Below are positions 1 through 5,689 of a DNA stretch of 9,027 nt, piece after piece; the stretch's first letter is position 1; each line of letters starts with the position of its first letter. The translations under genes and the position numbers were made by a program. The DNA is from Candidatus Woesearchaeota archaeon (GTDB lineage Archaea > Nanobdellota > Nanobdellia > Pacearchaeales > GW2011-AR1): positions 23,599 to 32,625 of the forward strand of contig CAZCCD010000004.1 in the NCBI GenBank assembly GCA_964497435.1, read 5' to 3'. Below the pieces are notes generated by a model that saw only the letters and a program-made list of their open reading frames with translations, made no database searches and had not been told where the DNA came from.

Positions 1-161
1 AAATAGATTTCTTTTACCAACATAAATTTAAATTATCTATCAAAGCTAATTTGTATTATCATTTTTAGCGGTCATACAAAAATTAATTATCAATGGGATG
101 CGAGCAGTGTATCTCTTTAACCTAAAGTAATATTTATAAAGCCTTAGAGCTTATTTAAGAT

Positions 162-370
162 ATGGAAAGAATGGGTACTGAAGATGGAGGATAAAATAGG
201 TGGCGGAATAGACGGAACCTAAAATATTCAAAGGAGAATAAAATGAAAAAACTATTGTACTTATTATTTGGGATTATTATTTGGCTTGGACCAAGAGTAA
301 TGGATGTTGGAGGGTAAAATGGGTGCTGGGGATAGTGCTTAAAATTGGAACTGAAGACGGTCCTTAATAA
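162..370 (+). repeat. Array of short G-rich, C-poor modules, each ending in TAAAAT (or TAATAA); imperfect direct repeats
   Basis: Modules lie at 171-197, 198-225, 300-320, 321-345 and 346-370. TAAAAT occurs at 192, 220, 239, 315 and 340, and TAATAA at 365. Module pairs align by eye: atgggtactgaagatggaggataaaat (171) with atgggtgctggggatagtgcttaaaat (319), and tgggtactgaagatgg (171) with ttggaactgaagacgg (345). Confidence 0.5.
243..317 (+). CDS. Hypothetical 24-aa hydrophobic micro-protein (MKKLLYLLFGIIIWLGPRVMDVGG)
   Basis: ATG at 243 is preceded by aaaGGAGaataaa, with GGAG at 233-236 and a 6-nt spacer. The peptide has a hydrophobic core long enough for a single TM helix and ends at TAA 315-317. 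It is too short for composition statistics and lies between the G-rich modules. Confidence 0.3.
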   Translation: MKKLLYLLFGIIIWLGPRVMDVGG

Positions 371-395
371 ATTATATTTAATTATTTAATCTAAA

Positions 396-737
396 ATGCC
401 AAGGAAAAAAAAGAGTGTGAGTAGAGCAAAGAGGTCTGTAAAGAGAGCTAAAGGACCAATTGCTAAATCTACTGAATTTGCGAAAGAAAGATTAACCAAA
501 GGAGCAGAGGCAGTTAAAAATATCAGCAAGATTAAGGTTAGAATTGTTTTGAAGAATTTAATGGTATTTGGAATTTTATTTGTCCTTTCAGTAATAGTTG
601 CAATGGCTTCATCAAATGAAGTGATTGATCAGCTTTTCTGGATAGTTGCGATATTGACAGCGTTTGTTGGTGTTGCTTTGATAATAGTATTATTGACGTT
701 ATTATTTATGAGGGCAATGAAAAAACAGAATAAATAA
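396..737 (+). CDS. Hypothetical small membrane protein with a basic N-terminus and two predicted TM helices
   Basis: 113-aa ORF. The N-terminal ~45 aa are K/R-rich (MPRKKKSVSRAKRSVKRAK...). Two hydrophobic stretches follow: LMVFGILFVLSVIVAMA and LFWIVAILTAFVGVALIIVLLTLLF. AT-rich TATA-like attatattta lies at 371-380 upstream. No family recognised. Confidence 0.7.
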   Translation: MPRKKKSVSRAKRSVKRAKGPIAKSTEFAKERLTKGAEAVKNISKIKVRIVLKNLMVFGILFVLSVIVAMASSNEVIDQLFWIVAILTAFVGVALIIVLLTLLFMRAMKKQNK

Positions 738-775
738 GATGTATTCTTTTAACAATATAATTGATTAAGACTATA

Positions 776-805
776 AGCCTCAGCTGAGAATTGAACTCAG
801 AACCT
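776..805 (-). other. tRNA-like 3' fragment (variable loop + T-arm + 3' acceptor strand + discriminator); either a tRNA remnant or a split-tRNA 3' half
   Basis: The minus strand reads AGGTT CTGAG TTCAATT CTCAG CTGAGGC T. This gives a 5-bp T-stem with G53-C61, a canonical T-loop (TTCAAnn), a 7-nt acceptor 3' strand and a discriminator. I could not fold a matching 5' acceptor strand, D-arm or anticodon stem upstream. Confidence 0.4.
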
Positions 806-840
806 TGACATTTTTGGTACAGTAGCTCAGATAGCACAAA

Positions 841-849
841 ATATATAAA
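841..849. promoter_or_regulatory. Archaeal TATA box, quasi-palindromic and possibly bidirectional
   Basis: The + strand reads atatataaa, centred about 26 nt upstream of the HEG ATG at 871, which fits a leaderless mRNA. The - strand reads the consensus-like TTTATATA (849->842), about 22-27 nt upstream of the leader of the tRNA-like fragment. Confidence 0.4.
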
Positions 850-870
850 TTTTGAGATCTATATCTTAAT

Positions 871-1872
871 ATGAAAGTAAAATTCTCAAATGACGATTTG
901 AGGAAATCTTTTTTTGACTCAATTAAAACTAGTGAAAAGACTTGGAAAGAGATAAGAAATCATCATAATATTTCTAAATCCGTTTTTGATGGCTACAAAT
1001 CTGGTCGTTTTTTAATTCCAGAAGAGCTATTCTTGAATTTTGTTAATTTATTAACTTACCCTTTAAAGAAAGAAGTTTTTGAGAATATTGAAATGTTTCC
1101 AGACAATTATGGTCAAGTAAAAGGGGGTAAAAATGCTTATAAAATTAATTTTAATAAGTTTTGGGATGGTAGGAAAAAAGGTTTAATTTCATTTGTAAAA
1201 TCTAAAAAGAAAAGAACAAGACAAATTAAAAAATTTTTATTTGATATTAGTATCTCTCCAGAAATTTGTGAATTTGTTGGGGCATTTATTGGAGATGGTT
1301 TTTTTAATTGTTATAATAATAAAAATTATCAAATTGAACTTACTGGAGATAGTGAGAAGGATATTAGTTATCATAGAGATTATCTCACCCCTAATATTTC
1401 TAAGGTTTTTCCAAATTTACGTCCTAAATTTTATAAGTCTAAGTTTAAAAATGTAATTCGAGTAAGGTTTTATTCAAAAGAGCTTTTTTTCTTTTTGAAA
1501 GATGTATTTGGTTTTATACCTGGAAAGAAAGCCCATACTGTTAAAATACCTCAGAAAATTTTGATTTTACCAAAGAATTTTATTTATTCAACTGTTAGAG
1601 GTATATTTGACACAGATGGTGGAATTTATATGGATAAGAGGAAAATATATAAAAAACCTTATCCGAGGATTATTTTTCAAACTGTGAGTAAAGAATTATA
1701 TACACAACTTTTAGAAATATTATCAAAAGATTTTAAAATATATTCCAGATTTAATGTGGATAGGAATATTTATATCATCGAGATTTATGGATTTGATCAA
1801 CTTAGAAAGTGGATGTCTTTAATAGGTTTTTCAAATAAGAGACATCTTAATAAAGTTGCCCTGGTAGCTTAG
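871..1872 (+). CDS. Free-standing LAGLIDADG homing endonuclease (double-motif, monomeric type) with an N-terminal helix-turn-helix-like domain
   Basis: Two LAGLIDADG-type motifs are present: FVGAFIGDGFF and VRGIFDTDGGIY. The C-terminal LRKWMSLIGFSNKRHLNK is typical of the family. The N-terminal ~120 aa look HTH-like (TWKEIRNHHNISKSVFDGYKSGR). The last 5 codons and the TAG stop (1858-1872) overlap tRNA-Thr. Confidence 0.9.
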   Translation: MKVKFSNDDLRKSFFDSIKTSEKTWKEIRNHHNISKSVFDGYKSGRFLIPEELFLNFVNLLTYPLKKEVFENIEMFPDNYGQVKGGKNAYKINFNKFWDGRKKGLISFVKSKKKRTRQIKKFLFDISISPEICEFVGAFIGDGFFNCYNNKNYQIELTGDSEKDISYHRDYLTPNISKVFPNLRPKFYKSKFKNVIRVRFYSKELFFFLKDVFGFIPGKKAHTVKIPQKILILPKNFIYSTVRGIFDTDGGIYMDKRKIYKKPYPRIIFQTVSKELYTQLLEILSKDFKIYSRFNVDRNIYIIEIYGFDQLRKWMSLIGFSNKRHLNKVALVA

Positions 1873-1932
1873 TTTGGTTAAAGCACAAGCATGGTAAGCT
1901 TGAGACCGTGGGTTCGAGCCCCACCTAGGGCT
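1858..1932 (+). tRNA. tRNA-Thr (anticodon GGU), intron-less, no encoded CCA
   Basis: Hand-folded cloverleaf. Acceptor GCCCTGG/CTAGGGC has one G-U pair. T8 A9. D-stem GCTT/AAGC with loop AGTTTGGTTA. Anticodon stem CAAGC/GCTTG with loop A-T-GGT-A-A. Variable loop AGACC. T-stem GTGGG/CCCAC with loop TTCGAGC. The discriminator is T, as I recall for archaeal tRNA-Thr. Confidence 0.9.
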
Positions 1933-3697
1933 TATTTAAAATTGATAAAACCTCTTCTAAGCTTATTTCAAATAATGCGACAGGCATTTTTATTTTCCAG
2001 TTTCTTAGTATTTTAGGATGAATTTCTCCTATAAAACCAAGGCTCTTTGTTTTTTCCTGATATAGACCTACTCTCTTATTGATATTCATAATTGTTTCCT
2101 GTATTTGCTCTCCAATTGTACTTATTCCTGGAGGAAGTTTAAGTATAGGATTTGTTCCTCTTTTTTCATTATCAATAAGGAAAATTTCAGCAATCCTCCC
2201 GTCTATAAAATAATTTGGATAATTTTTAGGTTCTTTTAATTCTACTTTTAAACTTAACATTTTGAATAAGTATTCTAGTACTTGCCTTGTTTCTGTGAAA
2301 TTTCCTGGAGAGAAAGCCACAGAAAGCTTTTCTTTTTCAACAATTTCGTCATTTGCTTCAAAAACTTTTCCAATTTCAAAAATTCTATGAGGATATTCTG
2401 CATCAACATTTTCAGAAAGAATCTTCAATGCATAATGAGTTAAATCTTTTCGTAAGATTCTATAATCTGTTTTTGAGTCTTTTACCTCAATAAATTCCTT
2501 TTTTTGTTTTTCATTAATACCTATTTTTTCAAATTGATCCTTTTTTGTTGTTAAATGATAATTAGACACTTCTAAAATATTTAAACCAGTTAAAATTTCT
2601 GATATTTTTCTTTTTATTTTTTCTTTGTAATCTTCCTCTCCTATTGTTGGTATAAAAGGTATCTCTGGCTCAAAGCTTTCATATCCATAAGCTATTGCTA
2701 TATCCTCTATTATATCAACTTCGTGTAAAATATCCATTCTCCAAGGAGAAATCTCAACATAGCCTTTATTGTAATTGTAACCCATTTTTTCTGCACACTC
2801 TTTCAACTTTTTTTCACTTAATTCTATTCCAAGAAGTTTGTTTGTATTTTCTAAAGAAATTTTCATTTTTTCATTGGAGAAATCAGGAGTAATTTCTTTT
2901 TTGTTATACTTTAATTCCATTTGGTAAATATTCCCTCCAATGTCAGCAAGTGATGCTACAATTATATTAAGACAGGATTTTAATGCTTCAAAATCAAATC
3001 CAGAACATTCAACAAAAACATCTTTTGTTTCTTCTGTTATTTTTCCTGTTAATTTTGAGTTTATTATTGGGGGCATGCTTAAAATATTTTTTTCAGCATC
3101 TATAAAAATAGGGAATTTGGCTTTTCCTGCTAACAAATTAGAGTATTCTTTGCCTGCTGGATGCTTTTGTAGTATTTCTAGGCCAGACATTTCTTTTTCT
3201 GATTCTAAAGGAATAAACCTTATTTTATCGGGTTCTAAGGCTGTATAATGTATTGGAAGTTTTATTTTTTCAAGAGGATAGATTCCTATTGCTAATTTTT
3301 TCCTTTTTCTTCCAACAGTGATATGTAATTTTTCTTGGAGTTCTATTATTTCTTTTATTCTCTCGTTATTTAATTCAAGGCCTTTAACAATTGCACAGGC
3401 TGTGTAAGGTCTTATATTCTTTACTTGTTTATCTATTTCTATTAGATAATCTTTTTCAGGTTTATTTATTTTGTATTCTTTTAAACCCATTGTTTTTCCT
3501 AAGAAAGAAAGGAAACTTCTTTTATAACCATGATAAGAAAGTAAATCTGGTCTATTTGGAAATATTTCTATGATTAATTCATTTTCGTTGAAAGATTCAA
3601 GTGGAGTTCCAAACATAGATATTTTTTCCTGCATCTTTTCATCTAACTTTCCGATCTCTTTTTCAAATGTTTGTCTGTTAAATGTCACTAAGGCCAT
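1925..3697 (-). CDS. pheT: Phenylalanine--tRNA ligase beta subunit, archaeal type
   Basis: 590-aa ORF. The N-terminus (LIIEIFPNRPDLLSYHG) and the B3/4 and B5-like regions are as in archaeal PheT. The C-terminus GFIGEIHPKILRNWKIKMPVALFEISL matches the conserved PheT end. The start lies 1 nt downstream of the HIT gene stop. Confidence 0.95.
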   Translation of the reverse strand: MALVTFNRQTFEKEIGKLDEKMQEKISMFGTPLESFNENELIIEIFPNRPDLLSYHGYKRSFLSFLGKTMGLKEYKINKPEKDYLIEIDKQVKNIRPYTACAIVKGLELNNERIKEIIELQEKLHITVGRKRKKLAIGIYPLEKIKLPIHYTALEPDKIRFIPLESEKEMSGLEILQKHPAGKEYSNLLAGKAKFPIFIDAEKNILSMPPIINSKLTGKITEETKDVFVECSGFDFEALKSCLNIIVASLADIGGNIYQMELKYNKKEITPDFSNEKMKISLENTNKLLGIELSEKKLKECAEKMGYNYNKGYVEISPWRMDILHEVDIIEDIAIAYGYESFEPEIPFIPTIGEEDYKEKIKRKISEILTGLNILEVSNYHLTTKKDQFEKIGINEKQKKEFIEVKDSKTDYRILRKDLTHYALKILSENVDAEYPHRIFEIGKVFEANDEIVEKEKLSVAFSPGNFTETRQVLEYLFKMLSLKVELKEPKNYPNYFIDGRIAEIFLIDNEKRGTNPILKLPPGISTIGEQIQETIMNINKRVGLYQEKTKSLGFIGEIHPKILRNWKIKMPVALFEISLEEVLSILNKP

Positions 3698-3698
3698 T

Positions 3699-4145
3699 TT
3701 ATTCTAAGATTTTTTTAGCAATTTTATTTAATTCATCTAAAGATTTTTGAGGGCCTAATTGAGTTGAAATATATCCTTTATATTTTTTGAAAAATATTTC
3801 ATCTTGAGCCCACATCTCTTTAAATTTTTCATCAAGACCATGAAGAGGATATAATTTAAGATGTACATGATTGATTCCCATACCTTCCATGACTATTGAG
3901 ACTCTTTTAACCCTCAGTTTTTTTTCTAATAATTTTGCAATTTTTTTTGCAGCAATCATTAAATCAATGTAATCTTTATTGGGCATATCAGTTGCGTCGC
4001 TATCATAATGTCTTTTTGTTAATACTAAAGTCATTCCTTCTACATTTGGATGTATGTCTAAGATTGCTATGTGTTTTTTATCTTCCCAAATTTTTACACT
4101 TGGAATTTTTCCATTTGCAATTTTACAAAATATGCATTTTTCCAT
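3699..4145 (-). CDS. HIT (histidine triad) family nucleotide hydrolase/transferase-like protein, divergent
   Basis: The N-terminal CIFCKI...IPSVKIWEDKKHIAILDIHPNVEGMTLVLTKRH matches the HIT fold consensus (CxxC, ...DI.P...GH.LV.PK.H). The triad region reads NHVHLKL where HxHxHxx is expected. Confidence 0.85.
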   Translation of the reverse strand: MEKCIFCKIANGKIPSVKIWEDKKHIAILDIHPNVEGMTLVLTKRHYDSDATDMPNKDYIDLMIAAKKIAKLLEKKLRVKRVSIVMEGMGINHVHLKLYPLHGLDEKFKEMWAQDEIFFKKYKGYISTQLGPQKSLDELNKIAKKILE

Positions 4146-4146
4146 T

Positions 4147-5667
4147 TTATTTCATCCAAAATTTCATTTTTCTTAGCTGATTTAAATCATTTTTATATAA
4201 ATCACGAAGGTCTTTTATTCCATAGTAATTCATTATTATTCTGTCAAAGCCAGGGCCCCATGCAAGAACAGGAATAGGTTCTCCTAACAAAGGAATTGTA
4301 ACTTCTGGCCTAAAAATTCCTGCTCCTCCAAGCTCAAGCCAGAGTTTTTTTTCAGGATGAAAAACCTCTATCTCTACACTGGGCTCTGTATAAGGAAAAT
4401 AACTAGGCCTGAACCTAATTTTTTCATATCCCATTTTCTTGAAGAATTCTTTTAAATAGCCAAGCAAGTGTCTGAAATTTGCATTTTTGTCAACTACTAT
4501 TCCTTCTGTTTGATTGAATTCAAAGCCATGGCTCCAATCTAGGGTTTCATTTCTAAAACATTTTCCTATGGCAAAAAATTTGCTTGGAATATTTACTTTA
4601 TTTTCTTTTTTTAGTTTATCGAGAGTTTGTGCAGAAAGACAGGTTGTATGAGTTCTTAATACAAGTTCCTTGGCCTCTTCTTCATTCCATTCATATTTCC
4701 AGCCTGTAGAACCTCCAATTCCTTTTTCATGAGATATTTTTACACTAGTAACAATTTTTTTGTCAGGTAAATTTGTTTTTTTGTTGACAAAGAATGTATC
4801 TTGAAGCTCTCTTACAGGATGGTCTTGTGCCGTGAATAATGCATCAAAGTTCCAAAATGAACTTTGGATAAAATCTCCAGACATTTCCTTAAATCCAAGG
4901 TCAGTCCATATTTTTCTTGCATATTCAATTGCCTGATTAACAAAGTGTTTCTTGCCCCCATATATTGAAGGGACTCTCGAAGTTGTATCATATCTCCTAA
5001 ATTTTTTACCTTTCCAAGATTCATCTTTTATAATTCCTGGAGTTAACTGCTCTATAGAATTTTCCTCTTTAATCTCTTCTTTTATTATTTTTTTACCAAG
5101 ATCAGTAATTTCTATATTTACTTTCTTGTATTCCTTTATCTCAATTATTTTTTTTCTACTTTCTAAATTTTTTAAGGCATGGAGTTTTTCTTCACTTAGT
5201 TTCTCTAGTTCAATTGGAAGTAATTCAAGGAGAGATTCTTCAAGGCTTTTTTTTGATATTTCTTCTTTATTTGCAATGAAGATTATTTTTTCTTTCTTTA
5301 TTTCAATCATTGCCTTACTCTTTAGGGCCCCTATAGAAGCCTTGAACTCATCATCTGAAAGCATTGATTTTTTTTTAGCCTCGACAAGAGAAAGGATTCT
5401 TTTTTCAGCGAGAATGTTAAGGAGTCTTCTTTCTGGAAGGCCTTTCTTTTTATACAATGCGCCGTTCACACCAATCTCAACGACTTTTTTTGTTTCATGG
5501 GACAACTTTATAATGCCTTTATTTTCAAGATACAAAAGAGCCCTATTTACAGAGATTTCATCTAAGCCAGATTTTTTGACTATAATATCTATTCTTTTTT
5601 CTTCTAAGTAAGGAAGAATTTTTCTTTCTATGGGGCTTAAAGATTCAATTATTTTTTTTAGTTCCAT
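4147..5667 (-). CDS. pheS: Phenylalanine--tRNA ligase alpha subunit, archaeal type
   Basis: 506-aa ORF with N-terminal winged-helix-like repeats. Class II aaRS motifs are present: HPVRELQDTFF (motif 1), LRTHTTCLSAQ...FAIGKCFRNE (motif 2) and ELGGAGIFRPEV (motif 3). Confidence 0.95.
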   Translation of the reverse strand: MELKKIIESLSPIERKILPYLEEKRIDIIVKKSGLDEISVNRALLYLENKGIIKLSHETKKVVEIGVNGALYKKKGLPERRLLNILAEKRILSLVEAKKKSMLSDDEFKASIGALKSKAMIEIKKEKIIFIANKEEISKKSLEESLLELLPIELEKLSEEKLHALKNLESRKKIIEIKEYKKVNIEITDLGKKIIKEEIKEENSIEQLTPGIIKDESWKGKKFRRYDTTSRVPSIYGGKKHFVNQAIEYARKIWTDLGFKEMSGDFIQSSFWNFDALFTAQDHPVRELQDTFFVNKKTNLPDKKIVTSVKISHEKGIGGSTGWKYEWNEEEAKELVLRTHTTCLSAQTLDKLKKENKVNIPSKFFAIGKCFRNETLDWSHGFEFNQTEGIVVDKNANFRHLLGYLKEFFKKMGYEKIRFRPSYFPYTEPSVEIEVFHPEKKLWLELGGAGIFRPEVTIPLLGEPIPVLAWGPGFDRIIMNYYGIKDLRDLYKNDLNQLRKMKFWMK

Positions 5668-5689
5668 ATTAAAAGAAGTTAGTTTGAGG

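Noticed and set aside
1-23. Possible minus-strand gene start (ATG at 23..21, MLVKEIY...) running off the left edge
   Set aside because: Only 7 codons are visible, and there is no supporting promoter spacing or motif. It cannot be supported.
162-370. CRISPR array, or a G-quadruplex element, as an explanation of the G-rich modules
   Set aside because: The conserved unit (TAAAAT) is only 6 nt and the G-rich blocks are mutually similar rather than unique spacers, so it is not CRISPR-like. The G-runs are mostly GG/GGG with irregular loops, and only ggagggtaaaatgggtgctgggg (309-331) could form a weak G4. The evidence is insufficient to call one.
162-370. Stop-codon reassignment (TAA read-through) joining the mini-ORFs into one Gly-rich gene
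   Set aside because: The mini-ORFs are in different frames (171 frame 0, 196 and 319 frame 1, 344 frame 2). All well-supported genes in the window terminate normally at TAA or TAG and contain no in-frame stops.
779-788. The perfect 10-nt palindrome CTCAGCTGAG (contains CAGCTG) and the hairpin CTGAG-AATTGAA-CTCAG as a terminator for the 396..737 gene
   Set aside because: The hairpin is better explained as a tRNA T-arm read on the opposite strand. As far as I know, archaeal termination relies on T-tracts rather than hairpins. The only T-rich run after the stop is ttctttt at 745-751, which is too weak to call.
776-870. A complete minus-strand tRNA gene extending from the T-arm/acceptor fragment
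   Set aside because: Counting back about 48 nt from the T-stem gives no 5' acceptor strand complementary to CTGAGGC. The only D-arm candidate is a 3-bp GCT/AGC hairpin with a 5-nt loop. The candidate anticodon stem CTGTA/TGTCA does not pair. Only the 3' third is tRNA-like.
871-1932. HEG as an intron-encoded endonuclease inside a tRNA (bulge-helix-bulge intron)
   Set aside because: The tRNA-Thr cloverleaf at 1858-1932 is complete and uninterrupted. The HEG lies upstream of position 1, not within the anticodon loop or any other known intron site.
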